NCBI GenBank assembly: GCA_964602025.1
Contig: CAZRQI010000001.1
Span: forward strand, 1 to 42,077
Source: an uncultured Veillonellaceae bacterium
GTDB lineage: Bacteria; Bacillota; Negativicutes; UBA1444
Length of the DNA: 42,077 bases
Reading direction: 5' to 3'
Below the pieces are notes generated by a model. That model had not been told where the DNA came from and did no database searches. It saw only the letters and a program-made list of their open reading frames with translations. Shown one piece after another: positions 25,397 to 35,105 of this stretch. The translations under genes and the position numbers were made by a program. Numbering within the stretch: the first letter of the stretch is position 1; each line of letters starts with the position of its first letter.

Positions 25397-27275
25397 GGGA
25401 ATCCACTCCGATAAATTTTTTCACTTTTTCGGCAATGCTGACAGGATCGAGTCCCAAGCACTCCAAAAGTTCTTCCCGGGATCCCTGCTCGATGAACCGG
25501 TCCGGCAAGCCGAGGCGAAGAATCCGTGGGGCCGCCAGACCGGCCGAATTCAAAGTTTCCATTACGGCTGAGCCAAAACCGCCCATTAAACAGTTTTCTT
25601 CCAGGGTTACAATGTATCGGGCCTGCTTGGCGATCTTGCAGAGCAGCTCCTCGTCGATCGGTTTGACGAAACGGGCATTCACCACACCGGCGGAAATTCC
25701 GTTTGTTTTGAGAATATCCGCCGCCTTCAGCGCCGCCTGAACCATGGCGCCCACAGCGCAAAACACCACTTCACCGCCCTGCCGCAGCCATTCGCCCTGA
25801 CCGACCGGCAACAGAGCCGGTTGTTCCGCCATGATAAAACCGTCGCTACGGCCGCGCGGATACCGGAGCAAAACCGGACCGTTGATGGACATCGCAGTAT
25901 GCAGCATATCCCGCAATTCCGCTTCATCTTTGGGGGCCATGATCGTAAGATTGGGGATCAGGCGAGAAAAAGACAAGTCAAACGCACCATGATGCGTCGG
26001 ACCGTCTTCCCCAACCAACCCTGCCCGGTCCAATGCCAGTATGACCGGCAGATTCTGCAGGCACACATCATGAATCAGACTGTCAAACGCCCGTTGTGAA
26101 AACGTGGAATACACTGCAACAACCGGCCGTTTGCCCTGGGAAGCCAGACCGGCCGCCATTGTAACGGCGTGCTGTTCGGCAATGCCGACATCAAAAAATC
26201 TGTCCGGGAATTTTGCGGCAAATGCATCCAGCCCCGTGCCGCCCGACATTGCCGCCGTGATGCCCACCACATCGGGATTGCTCGCCGCAATTTCCACCAT
26301 GGCGTCGCCAAACACGGAAGTATAGGTTGGCGCTTGCACGCCTTTGAGCGCTTTCCCGGATTCGATGCAGAACGGACCGACTCCGTGGAATTTATCCGCC
26401 TGACATTCCGCCGGCGGATATCCCTTGCCTTTCTGGGTCAGCACATGCACCAGAACCGGTGTCCGCATGCTTCTCGCCTTTTCCATCACCTCGACGAGCA
26501 ACGGCAGATCATGTCCGTCGATCGGACCCAGATAGGTAAATCCCAATTCTTCGAAAAACATCCCGGGAACGAGCAAATACTTTACACTGTCTTTCATCCG
26601 TTCCGCCGTATTCGCCACACTGTCGCCGATCGCCGGAATCCGGCGCAGGAAAAATTCAATATTGTGTTTCGCCCAGGAGTAGGTTGGCGTTAGTCGCATT
26701 TTCGCCAGGTAATGCGAAACCGCGCCGACATTTTTGCTGATGGACATCTCATTGTCGTTCAACACCACGATAAGATCCCGTTTCAAATGACCGGCATGAT
26801 TCATGCCTTCAAATGCCAACCCGCCCGTCAGGGAACCATCGCCGATGACGGCGACCACCTTATGTTTTTCGCCGCGCAAATCCCGCGCCAACGCGATCCC
26901 AAGCGCCGCCGAGACAGAAGTGCTGGAGTGCCCGGCCCCGAAAGCGTCATGCACGCTTTCGTCCCGCCGGGGAAAGCCGCAGATTCCTTTGTATGTCCGC
27001 AGGGTGCCGAATTGATCAAGACGGCCGGTCAAAATTTTGTGGACATAAGATTGATGGCCGACATCGAATACTATACGGTCCCGGGGCGTGTCAAACACTT
27101 TGTGCAATGCCAATGTCAGTTCAACAACCCCCAGATTGGAAGCCAGATGACCGCCATTGCGGGAAACCGTCTGAATCATCACATCGCGGATTTCCTGCGC
27201 CAAGCCCGCCATCTCTTCATAAGAAAGCTTGGCGATGTCTTCAGGCAAGCGAAGGTTTTCCAAATAACCTTTCAA
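25377..27275 (-). CDS. dxs: 1-deoxy-D-xylulose-5-phosphate synthase
   Basis: 632 aa. GHLASNLGVVELTLALH, TPP motif GDGSLTGGLAFEGMNHAG...NDN, and transketolase-like pyrimidine-binding and C-terminal domains. TTG start at 27275 with SD AAAGGAG. Confidence 0.92.
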   Translation of the reverse strand: MKGYLENLRLPEDIAKLSYEEMAGLAQEIRDVMIQTVSRNGGHLASNLGVVELTLALHKVFDTPRDRIVFDVGHQSYVHKILTGRLDQFGTLRTYKGICGFPRRDESVHDAFGAGHSSTSVSAALGIALARDLRGEKHKVVAVIGDGSLTGGLAFEGMNHAGHLKRDLIVVLNDNEMSISKNVGAVSHYLAKMRLTPTYSWAKHNIEFFLRRIPAIGDSVANTAERMKDSVKYLLVPGMFFEELGFTYLGPIDGHDLPLLVEVMEKARSMRTPVLVHVLTQKGKGYPPAECQADKFHGVGPFCIESGKALKGVQAPTYTSVFGDAMVEIAASNPDVVGITAAMSGGTGLDAFAAKFPDRFFDVGIAEQHAVTMAAGLASQGKRPVVAVYSTFSQRAFDSLIHDVCLQNLPVILALDRAGLVGEDGPTHHGAFDLSFSRLIPNLTIMAPKDEAELRDMLHTAMSINGPVLLRYPRGRSDGFIMAEQPALLPVGQGEWLRQGGEVVFCAVGAMVQAALKAADILKTNGISAGVVNARFVKPIDEELLCKIAKQARYIVTLEENCLMGGFGSAVMETLNSAGLAAPRILRLGLPDRFIEQGSREELLECLGLDPVSIAEKVKKFIGVDSHVMPSA

Positions 27276-27290
27276 AAAACAGGGCTCCTT

Positions 27291-27755
27291 TCAGGTGTAA
27301 ATAATCCGGCAAACCAGCCAACTGACGATCAATCCCTGGATCGCACCGGCCAATACCTCCAGAGGAGAATGGCCGATCAGTTCTTTCAGTCGGATGTTTT
27401 TCAACGGATGCTCCGCTTTCAGTTCCAAAATGATCCGGTTCAAGGCCCGGGCATGTCGTCCGGCGTGACGGCGAACGCCGGCGGCGTCATACATGACGAT
27501 ACCTGACAGGACAAAAGCGATGGCGAAAAACGGACTGTCAAAGCCGGCCGTCAAACCGGAGGAAAACGTCGTGGCCACCACCATCGCCGAATGGGAACTG
27601 GGCATTCCGCCGGCGCCGGTTACCCGCTCCCAGCGAAAATTCCCCCGAAAAACATCGCGCAGGATCTTGGTCAGCTGGGCCACAGTCCAGGCTGCAATCG
27701 CCGACATTAATACCTGATTGCGAAAAAGCGCAGCCAGCAACTCATTCATTGCCAA
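27291..27755 (-). CDS. divergent PAP2-family membrane protein (YuiD-like)
   Basis: 154 aa, hydrophobic, with the GGMPSSHSAMV motif of the divergent PAP2 family. Confidence 0.7.
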   Translation of the reverse strand: MAMNELLAALFRNQVLMSAIAAWTVAQLTKILRDVFRGNFRWERVTGAGGMPSSHSAMVVATTFSSGLTAGFDSPFFAIAFVLSGIVMYDAAGVRRHAGRHARALNRIILELKAEHPLKNIRLKELIGHSPLEVLAGAIQGLIVSWLVCRIIYT

Positions 27756-27759
27756 ACCC

Positions 27760-28638
27760 TCAACTGTCGCGAGTCAGCAGATACTCCGCCAGACTCCGCA
27801 ACACCCACGCCCTGTCGCCAAACCGGCCGAGAGCGGCGACCGCATCCGTCACCGCCTCTTGCGCCATCCGTCGCGCTTCCGGCAGGGAATAGACAGACAC
27901 ATAGGTTGCCTTATTGTTTTTTTCGTCGCTGCCTATGGGTTTCCCCAACGCGGCTTCGGTGCCGGTGACATCAAGAATATCATCCGTAATCTGGAACGCC
28001 AGGCCAAATTGTTCCGCATAATCGGTCAAGCCCTGGACATCCTCGTCGGATCCGCCGCCCAACATGGCGCCCGCACGCAGGCTGGCCCGAAACAGCGCGC
28101 CGGTTTTCAGCCGATGCATCAGTTTCATAACTTCCGGCGAAGGTTGCTGACCCTCCGATCCCAAATCAATGGCCTGTCCCCCGACCATTCCCGCTGGACC
28201 GGCAGCTTGCGCCACTTCCCGCGTTACACGCACCAAGACGTCCGGTGTCACTCCCGGCTGGGAAAGCAAGGTTTCAAATGCCAGCGTTAACAACCCATCT
28301 CCGGCCAATACCGCCATCCCTTCGCCAAAAACCTTGTGATTGGTCAGGCGGCCCCGTCGGTAATCATCATCGTCCATGGCCGGCAGGTCGTCATGAATGA
28401 GGGAATAGGTGTGAATCATCTCCAACGCGCAGGCGGACTGCAAAAACCGTTGTCCGTCGGCGCCGACGGCATCCGCCGCCGCCATCAGCAAAATCGGCCG
28501 CAGCCTTTTGCCGCCGGCAAACAGACTGTACCGCATCGACTCCATCACTTGCGCCAGGGGACCGGGCTGCACCGGAACCAACGATTGCATCCAGTCCTCC
28601 ACCTGAATTTGGTGCTCTTTTAAATAGTTACGCCACAT
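27760..28638 (-). CDS. ispA: (2E,6E)-farnesyl diphosphate synthase / polyprenyl synthetase
   Basis: First Asp-rich motif LIHDDLPAMDDDDYRRG and second motif FQITDDILD. Conserved xseB-ispA-dxs context. Confidence 0.88.
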   Translation of the reverse strand: MWRNYLKEHQIQVEDWMQSLVPVQPGPLAQVMESMRYSLFAGGKRLRPILLMAAADAVGADGQRFLQSACALEMIHTYSLIHDDLPAMDDDDYRRGRLTNHKVFGEGMAVLAGDGLLTLAFETLLSQPGVTPDVLVRVTREVAQAAGPAGMVGGQAIDLGSEGQQPSPEVMKLMHRLKTGALFRASLRAGAMLGGGSDEDVQGLTDYAEQFGLAFQITDDILDVTGTEAALGKPIGSDEKNNKATYVSVYSLPEARRMAQEAVTDAVAALGRFGDRAWVLRSLAEYLLTRDS

Positions 28639-28898
28639 CAGTCCGCCTCCGGTAAAATCAGTTCCATCTCCGACAAGGCTCCGTTAGATTCCCGGATTAC
28701 CTTGTTGACAGCCGTTTCCGCCATCTGCAGTTGTTGCAGGCAATATTGGGACAACGCGGATCCTTCCGCATGCTTTTTCATGGCCGCCTCCAAACTCAAT
28801 TCGCCGCGTTCCATCTCATCCACCAATGCTTCCAGTCGAACCAGCGCTTCGTCAAAACTCAGATTGGCGACAGAATCCGCAGACTCTTTCTTCCTCAC
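28638..28898 (-). CDS. xseB: exodeoxyribonuclease VII small subunit
   Basis: FDEALVRLEALVDEMERGELSLE core. Probable GTG start at 28898 (SD GGTGAGG) forms a GTGA overlap with the xseA stop. Its own stop shares one nt with the ispA ATG. Confidence 0.8.
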   Translation of the reverse strand: MRKKESADSVANLSFDEALVRLEALVDEMERGELSLEAAMKKHAEGSALSQYCLQQLQMAETAVNKVIRESNGALSEMELILPEAD

Positions 28899-30157
28899 GA
28901 CTGCCTCACCTTCTCCGTTTCCTCTACAATAACGCCCAACCGTCCCTCCTGCAGCCATACATCCAGGCGCTCACCCTGCCGGACGGTTTCCGCCTGGCGG
29001 ACCACCTCGCCGTCAAAGCGCCGCACGACACTATAGCCCCGGTGCAATACACGCAGCGGGTTCAGCAGGTTCAGTTTTTCATCGGCCAACTGCCAGCGCT
29101 GCCGCTTTCGACTCATCACGTTCGCGATCGCGGTTGCCAGGCGTTCCTGAATCTGATCCAGGTGCTGGATCCGTTCTTGCAGCAATTCGCCGGGCCGCCG
29201 AAACAATCTGGACGCCAGACAACGTTCCAGCCGCAACCGCCGCCGGATCAAGCGGTGTCGCAACCCCTGATTCAACCGATGCTGCGCCGACAACAACCGC
29301 TGGGTCAAAGCCGCCCGGTCCGGCGTCGTCAGTTCCGCCGCCGCCGAAGGCGTCGCCGCCCGCAGATCGGCCGCAAAATCGCTGAGCGTAAAATCGGTCT
29401 GATGGCCAACCGCCGATACAACCGGCGTGGTCGCCGCTGCAACGGCCCTTACGACCCGTTCGTCGTTAAATGCCCATAATTCCTCGATGCTGCCGCCGCC
29501 TCGCCCGATGATGATCACATCGACCCGCCCGGAACGATCCAGCAGCTGAATTCCCCGCACAATCTGCTCCGGCGCTTCTTCTCCCTGCACCTGCGCCGGA
29601 ACCAGCAGGATTGGAATCCCCGCATGACGCCGCCGCGCGACGCTGACAATGTCGCGGATCACCGCGCCGGTCGGCGAAGTCACCACTCCAATGGCCCGAG
29701 GCAACAATGGCAACGTTTTTTTTCGGGATTCATCGAACAGTCCCTCGGCGAGCAGCTTTTCCCGCAATTTGGCAAAGGCAAGGCTCAAATCGCCCAACCC
29801 GTCGGCAAGCATGGAATCCGCATACAACTGATACGAGCCGTCCCGTTCATAAATAGAAACATGTCCGCTGATCCGCACCTGGATCCCATCCGCCGGTTCA
29901 AAACGCAAGGCGGCGGCCCGGCTGCGGAACATCACGCACCGCAGGGACGCGCCGGAATCCTTCAGCGTAAAATAACAATGCCCTGAATGGTGCCGACGAA
30001 AGTTCGAAAGTTCGCCCCGGACACGAACCCGGCTCAACAACGGATCATCCTCAAACAGGCGACGGATATGTGACGTCAATTCCGTCACGCTCAGAGCATC
30101 GGTTTCAAGAAAATTCGTCAGCTCTGTCACACCACCCTGTGGCGCAGCGCCCACCAA
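28895..30157 (-). CDS. xseA: exodeoxyribonuclease VII large subunit
   Basis: OB-fold VRGELSNFRRHHSGHCYFTLKD and catalytic region IIGRGGGSIEELWAFNDE. The start is either TTG 30157 or GTG 30130, the latter in a GTGA overlap with the upstream stop. Confidence 0.88.
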   Translation of the reverse strand: MVGAAPQGGVTELTNFLETDALSVTELTSHIRRLFEDDPLLSRVRVRGELSNFRRHHSGHCYFTLKDSGASLRCVMFRSRAAALRFEPADGIQVRISGHVSIYERDGSYQLYADSMLADGLGDLSLAFAKLREKLLAEGLFDESRKKTLPLLPRAIGVVTSPTGAVIRDIVSVARRRHAGIPILLVPAQVQGEEAPEQIVRGIQLLDRSGRVDVIIIGRGGGSIEELWAFNDERVVRAVAAATTPVVSAVGHQTDFTLSDFAADLRAATPSAAAELTTPDRAALTQRLLSAQHRLNQGLRHRLIRRRLRLERCLASRLFRRPGELLQERIQHLDQIQERLATAIANVMSRKRQRWQLADEKLNLLNPLRVLHRGYSVVRRFDGEVVRQAETVRQGERLDVWLQEGRLGVIVEETEKVRQS

Positions 30158-31080
30158 GCCGCTCCCACCGCATTATCCCCGCTATATTGGGGTTCAGGCC
30201 AACGAACCATAGCGGAACCTATCCGTTCCAGTTCCGCCGCCAGTTTGGCGCGGATGAAACGATTGGCCGCAACGCCCCCCACCAGCAGCACCGTTTTGGA
30301 TCGGGTCTGCTTGATCGCCGCCAGGATGGCCCGCAGCAACGATCCGGCTATGCACTCCTGAACCGCCGCCGCCACTGTGGCCGGTTCAGGCGCCGCAGCC
30401 AGCCAGCGCCGCACATGGGACTCCGGACCGGAAAAGCTGATCTGGCATCCGTCTACGGAAACGGGAAGTTCCGGTACTGCCCCGCTGCAGTGCTCCGCCA
30501 AAGCCTCGAGCTGCGGCCCGGCCGGAAACGGCAAGCCCAACGCCACTCCCACCCGATCGACGAATTGCCCGGCATGCAGGTCGCGGCTGCCGCCAACCAA
30601 CTCCAGATCGAGACGGTCCGGGCACTGCCGGACATGCAAAATCTCGGTGGTGCCGCCGGAAACATGCACCGCCAGAAACGGTTCCCCAAACGATTCGCTA
30701 ACAGACCACATTCCCGCCAAAACATGATTCTCCTGGTGGCTGATTCCGACAACCGGACAGTTCATCGCTGCACTGAGCGCTTCCGCCAGGCCGAATCCGG
30801 CGAGGAATGCCGGCATATAGGAATCTTCCAGCGGCCGGGGGCGCCACGATGCGCCGACGGCGACAATCCTGGCTTCCATCCCGATTGCACGGCGCAACTC
30901 CTTCATGACAACCGGCAAGTTACGGACATGCTGGAAAACCATCTCCGACTGGGACAACCCTTTGCCACCCGGCTTCACCTGCAAAGGAATCCGGCAGTCG
31001 GCAATCAGGTTGCCCGACTGGTCCAATGCGGCGGTAGATGTGGTATAACAGCTGGTATCGACCCCAACAGCCACTTCCAT
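30127..31080 (-). CDS. TsaD/Kae1-like ASKHA-fold protein (divergent glycoprotease-family paralogue)
   Basis: ATG at 31080, 1 nt after the nusB TAA. MEVAVGVDTSCYTTS (compare TsaD GIETSCDET), SHQENH (HxxxH retained), VSGGTTEI, LLVGGVAANRFIR and SGDNAVGAA parallel TsaD motifs. Confidence 0.6.
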   Translation of the reverse strand: MEVAVGVDTSCYTTSTAALDQSGNLIADCRIPLQVKPGGKGLSQSEMVFQHVRNLPVVMKELRRAIGMEARIVAVGASWRPRPLEDSYMPAFLAGFGLAEALSAAMNCPVVGISHQENHVLAGMWSVSESFGEPFLAVHVSGGTTEILHVRQCPDRLDLELVGGSRDLHAGQFVDRVGVALGLPFPAGPQLEALAEHCSGAVPELPVSVDGCQISFSGPESHVRRWLAAAPEPATVAAAVQECIAGSLLRAILAAIKQTRSKTVLLVGGVAANRFIRAKLAAELERIGSAMVRWPEPQYSGDNAVGAAWWALRHRVV

Positions 31081-31081
31081 C

Positions 31082-31495
31082 TTATTCCGGCAAGCCTCGC
31101 ACCAGGGATCCCAAAATTCCGTTGACAAATCGTCCCGACTCTTCGGAACCATAATGCTTGGCCAACTCCACCGCTTCGTTCACCGCGGCGCGCGGCGGGA
31201 TCCGGCTCTCGCCGAACTTGATTTCGTAAATCGCCATCCGCGTAGCGGCGCGATCCACCCCGCCCATGCGATCCAGCTTCCAATCGTGCGCCAGTTCCGA
31301 AATCAGCTTGTCGATTTCCGCCTGATGCTCCAACGTCCCCAAAACCACCCATTCCACATACTCATGCACGCTGTCCGTCATTGTTTCATCCTGCATGCCA
31401 TAAACAGCGGCGATGACTTCCCGGGGAGAACCGCCGGTAAAATCCAGGTGGAATAAAATCTGTAAAGCTAGTTCCCGGGCCTTTCTTCGACTCAT
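31082..31495 (-). CDS. nusB: transcription antitermination factor NusB
   Basis: 137 aa with RRKARELALQILF and AVELAKHYG motifs. Conserved position downstream of the asp23-amaP genes. Confidence 0.9.
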   Translation of the reverse strand: MSRRKARELALQILFHLDFTGGSPREVIAAVYGMQDETMTDSVHEYVEWVVLGTLEHQAEIDKLISELAHDWKLDRMGGVDRAATRMAIYEIKFGESRIPPRAAVNEAVELAKHYGSEESGRFVNGILGSLVRGLPE

Positions 31496-31515
31496 GTTAT
31501 TCTTTGCGCTCCTAT

Positions 31516-31743
31516 CTATCGATGGGTTCCCGGAGGTAACAACTTATCCAAAATCTCCATCAAATCTTCTTTATCATCGATCCTTTTCCCGACAATATAC
31601 CCGACAACCATGCAAAACAACACAAACAGCGCTTGAAAAAAACCAATGGCAAGAATCAACAGTCCCAGAAAAAAGCCGATGGATACCCCTATGATCTTGC
31701 CGCTGTGCGCCTGCCAGATTTCCTGAAACAAAATCGGGTCCAT
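31516..31743 (-). CDS. small integral membrane protein (DUF2273 family)
   Basis: 75 aa with two hydrophobic helices (IIGVSIGFFLGLLILAIGFFQALFVLFCMVVGYIVG). Canonical position after amaP/asp23. Confidence 0.7.
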   Translation of the reverse strand: MDPILFQEIWQAHSGKIIGVSIGFFLGLLILAIGFFQALFVLFCMVVGYIVGKRIDDKEDLMEILDKLLPPGTHR

Positions 31744-31761
31744 GTTTTTTCCTCCCCGTTC

Positions 31762-32301
31762 TCAGTCCACGCGCGTCTTGCTTTTGAACTCATTGGAAAT
31801 ATCGTTTACCAAAATCCGGACTTCGCTCATCGAAACGCCCACGGTATTTTTCAGGTATTCCTGAGTACGCTGCTGTATTTCCGCCGCGACCTTCGGAATA
31901 TTGTATTCCGGTCCCACCACGATCCGCAAATCCACCTTGACTTCCTCCGCCAATTGCTTAATATGCACCTTGGCGTTCCGAACTCCCCGGGTGTGGCGGG
32001 CAGTTTTGGCAATCAGATCCTCCACGGCGCCGATCGAAATTTCGACCACGCCCATTTCCGTCTGATGCACGATTTTACTGGGCCCTCGCCGCGACCGCAG
32101 TCCAGCCAGCAAGAGACGGATACTGACCAGAAAAAACACTCCGCCGATCAGCGCCGCTTCCCAACGCCCATAAATGAGCGACAGTCCTTGCTGCCAATAT
32201 TCCTGCGGCAAAATTTTCGCTGACAGTAGGATGGCGATCAGGGAAAGAACGGTTAACAAGATCGTATAGATCGAAAGAATGATTCTGTCAATAATGCTCA
32301 T
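31762..32301 (-). CDS. amaP: alkaline shock response membrane anchor protein AmaP
   Basis: 179 aa. N-terminal TM helices, then an Asp23-like soluble part. Directly downstream of an Asp23-family gene. Confidence 0.7.
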   Translation of the reverse strand: MSIIDRIILSIYTILLTVLSLIAILLSAKILPQEYWQQGLSLIYGRWEAALIGGVFFLVSIRLLLAGLRSRRGPSKIVHQTEMGVVEISIGAVEDLIAKTARHTRGVRNAKVHIKQLAEEVKVDLRIVVGPEYNIPKVAAEIQQRTQEYLKNTVGVSMSEVRILVNDISNEFKSKTRVD

Positions 32302-32312
32302 CCGCAGTCCTC

Positions 32313-32720
32313 CTATCGCAACCGGAGTTCTTCATCCGTGTCGACCTGGGAGAATCCGACTCCCTGCACATGAACATTGACTTCAATCACCGACAGACCG
32401 GTTGCGGTTTCCACGGCTTCCTTCACTTTTTCCTGGACCTGTAGCGCCACATCCGGAATCCGCAGACCATATTCGACAATGATATACAAATCCACCGCCA
32501 CTTCCCGGGCGCCGACCTGAACCTTGACGCCCTTGGCCGGATTCTTTTTCCCCATCATTTCCGCCATGCCGCCGATCAGGCCGCTGCTCATACCAACCAC
32601 GCCGGTGACATCGACCGCCGCGATACCCGCAATCGAAGCAATGACTTCATCGGCAATTCGAACGCTGCCCAAATCCATCCCCTGGTCTCCCGCAATGTCC
32701 GTCACTTTGGAATTATCCAC
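32313..32720 (-). CDS. Asp23/Gls24-family envelope stress protein
   Basis: 135 aa. VRIADEVIASIAGIAAVDVTGVVGM... and VAVDLYIIVEYGLRIPDVALQVQEKVKEAVE are typical of Asp23. GTG start with SD AAGGAGGGG. Confidence 0.85.
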   Translation of the reverse strand: MDNSKVTDIAGDQGMDLGSVRIADEVIASIAGIAAVDVTGVVGMSSGLIGGMAEMMGKKNPAKGVKVQVGAREVAVDLYIIVEYGLRIPDVALQVQEKVKEAVETATGLSVIEVNVHVQGVGFSQVDTDEELRLR

Positions 32721-32850
32721 TTCGGCCCCTCCTTACGGCGAGACTGCACGCCTGTTCTTTCCGTTGTAATTATATTCAACTTATCATTTGAATATCCCTT
32801 CTATTTTATACACTTTTCGCGAATACTGCGCACAGTTTGGCCAATAGCAT

Positions 32851-32876
32851 AAAAATCCCGTCGAAACGGGATTTTT
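32851..32876 (-). terminator. rho-independent terminator of efp (symmetric, potentially bidirectional)
   Basis: AAAAATCCCGT-ttcg-ACGGGATTTTT lies 31 nt after the efp stop. Confidence 0.8.
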
Positions 32877-32906
32877 GAAACACGCCGTCTTGTATTCGCA
32901 GTCTAG

Positions 32907-33464
32907 TTACGCCCGTTCGATGTAGTCGCCGGTTCGGGTATCGACCCGCAGAACATCGCCAATATTGATGAAGAGCGGCACTTTCACCACGTAACCAGTC
33001 TCCACCTTGGCCGGTTTGGTACCGCCGGTCGCGGTATCGCCACGGATGCCGGGATCGGTTTCCACTACTTCCAGTTCAACGGAAACCGGCAGGTCAACTC
33101 CCATGATTGCGCCCTGGTAAAACTGCACGCTGATATTCATGTTTTCCTTGAGGAAATTTGTCGCGTTGCCCAATTGTTCCGCCGTAATGGCGATCTGTTC
33201 AAAATTTTCGTTGTCCATGAAATTGTATGCGCCATCCGATTCATACAAATACTGCATTTGCCGGTTGTCGAGATGGGCCCGGGCCATTTTTTCGCCCGGA
33301 TTGAATGTCCGCTCAACCACGGCGCCGGTTCGGATATTTTTCATTTTCGCCCGCACGAACGCTGCGCCCTTGCCGGGCTTGACATGCTGGAACTCAACCA
33401 CCTGCCAGGCATCCCCGTCCATCTCCACCGTCACGCCGTTCCGAAATTCATTGCTCGAAATCAT
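32907..33464 (-). CDS. efp: elongation factor P
   Basis: 185 aa. [10 protein letters not shown]..., plus the [15 protein letters not shown] loop with the conserved modified Lys. Confidence 0.95.
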   Translation of the reverse strand: MISSNEFRNGVTVEMDGDAWQVVEFQHVKPGKGAAFVRAKMKNIRTGAVVERTFNPGEKMARAHLDNRQMQYLYESDGAYNFMDNENFEQIAITAEQLGNATNFLKENMNISVQFYQGAIMGVDLPVSVELEVVETDPGIRGDTATGGTKPAKVETGYVVKVPLFINIGDVLRVDTRTGDYIERA

Positions 33465-33483
33465 TTGTACTCCACCCCTTCAT

Positions 33484-34584
33484 TTAAATGAGACCTTCCA
33501 AGTGGCAACCGATCGTTTCGTTCAGTTCCAGCAAATCTTTGGTCATCGGACTGAGAATCCGGCAACCCGTTTCCGTAACCACCACGAGATCCTCAATCCG
33601 GACTCCGCCCCAGCCCGGCAGATAAATACCCGGCTCCACCGTAACCATCATGCCGGGTTCCAGTCTGGATTCGCCGGCCGTCGGCGATAACCGGGGGCTT
33701 TCGTGAATATCCAGACCCACGCCGTGTCCGAGCCCATGCCCGAAATGCGCTCCATATCCGGCGGCTTCAATAACCGCCCGTGCGGCTTGATCAACATCCC
33801 GGCACAATACGCCGGGACGAACCGCCGCCAAACCCGCCAACTGAGCTTTCAGCACCGTTCCATAGACTTCCCGCTGCCTGGCGGAAGCTGTTCCCACACA
33901 TACTGTCCGGGTCATGTCGGAACGATACCCCGAATAGGTTGCGCCAAAATCGATCACCACGAAATCGCCGGCAGCGAGCTTTTTCCCGGAGGCAGAGCCA
34001 TGAGGAAGCGCAGAACGCGGTCCGCTGGCCAAAATCGTTTCAAACGCGGGTTTCTCGGATCCCAGTTTGCGCATCTCATATTCCAACGCAGCGGCAAGTT
34101 CTATCTCCGTCGCACCCGGCCGGATCATTGGCAACAAATTCGTCAGGGCGGTATTGGCGATCACGGCGGCCGTCGCGATGCTTTCGATCTCCGCCGCCGT
34201 TTTCACGGTCCGCAACGGCTCCAACCGAACCGGACGCCAACGGTCTGCGGGTACTTTTGACTGAAGACGGCTGAATTCCGTCACCGTCAAGATTTCTTCC
34301 TCGAAGCCGATGCTATGCCACGCCTGCTGCTGTAAAAAATCAGCCGCCGCATCCAGGGGGTTTCCCTGGCACCGGACCACTTCAAACTCGGGCGCCATTT
34401 GTTCCGCTTGTTCAACATAGCGGAAATCCACGAAAATTTTGCGGACATCGCCTGACACCGCCAAAACACCGGCCGATCCGGCAAACCCGCTGAAGTATCT
34501 CACATTCGTCCGACCGGCCACCAGAACAGCTTCCAGTTCCTGTTGACCTAACCAGAACGCAAGTTTTCCCCATGAAGTCATCAA
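33484..34584 (-). CDS. Xaa-Pro aminopeptidase/dipeptidase (peptidase M24B)
   Basis: Creatinase-like N-domain plus the M24 metal ligand motifs [34 protein letters not shown] and RIEDLVVVT. Conserved aroQ-pepP-efp context. Confidence 0.88.
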   Translation of the reverse strand: MMTSWGKLAFWLGQQELEAVLVAGRTNVRYFSGFAGSAGVLAVSGDVRKIFVDFRYVEQAEQMAPEFEVVRCQGNPLDAAADFLQQQAWHSIGFEEEILTVTEFSRLQSKVPADRWRPVRLEPLRTVKTAAEIESIATAAVIANTALTNLLPMIRPGATEIELAAALEYEMRKLGSEKPAFETILASGPRSALPHGSASGKKLAAGDFVVIDFGATYSGYRSDMTRTVCVGTASARQREVYGTVLKAQLAGLAAVRPGVLCRDVDQAARAVIEAAGYGAHFGHGLGHGVGLDIHESPRLSPTAGESRLEPGMMVTVEPGIYLPGWGGVRIEDLVVVTETGCRILSPMTKDLLELNETIGCHLEGLI

Positions 34585-35048
34585 ATTGAGTTGCTCCTGT
34601 TTTCCAATAACCCGCAGGCCGCCTGCAATGCCAGCAGATATCCCTGCGCCCCCAGGCCGGCGATCTGTCCTACTGCGACTGCCGCCGTAACGGAATGGTG
34701 TCGGAATTCTTCCCGGCGATAAATATTCGACAAATGGACTTCGATGGCCGGAACCGAAACCGCCGCAAGGGCGTCCCGCACAGCCACGCTGTAATGCGTA
34801 AATGCGGCCGGATTGATCAGAATAAAGTCAAACCGTCCTTCCGCCGCCTGAATCGTGTCGACCATCACGCCTTCGTGGTTGGTCTGGACACATTCGACCG
34901 TCACGCCCAGTTCCGCCGCTTTCGCCTGCAACAGGGCATTTAACTCCGGCAACGTCAATTTGCCATAAACCTCGGGTTCCCGTCGGCCCAACAGATTCAG
35001 ATTGGGCCCGTGCAACACCAGAATCCGTTTTTGTTTTATCGCGTCCAT
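34581..35048 (-). CDS. aroQ: type II 3-dehydroquinate dehydratase
   Basis: [21 protein letters not shown] and [16 protein letters not shown] motifs. ATGA overlap with the downstream gene. Confidence 0.92.
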   Translation of the reverse strand: MDAIKQKRILVLHGPNLNLLGRREPEVYGKLTLPELNALLQAKAAELGVTVECVQTNHEGVMVDTIQAAEGRFDFILINPAAFTHYSVAVRDALAAVSVPAIEVHLSNIYRREEFRHHSVTAAVAVGQIAGLGAQGYLLALQAACGLLENRSNSI

Positions 35049-35105
35049 TGCCTCGCCTTTACAACTTTTGATTTTATAATTTTATCACAAGAGGCCTGAT
35101 CTTGG

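Noticed and set aside
30070-31125. 351-aa plus-strand ORF opposite the TsaD-like gene
   Set aside because: The translation is shadow-ORF-like (R/P/Q/H-rich). The minus-strand frame carries clear TsaD-family motifs and tight coupling to nusB and xseA.
32721-32850. Promoter for the asp23-amaP-nusB operon (TATAAT and TATAAA hexamers on the minus strand)
   Set aside because: Neither hexamer has an acceptable -35 element at 16-18 nt. A promoter is likely to exist here after the efp terminator, but I cannot position it.
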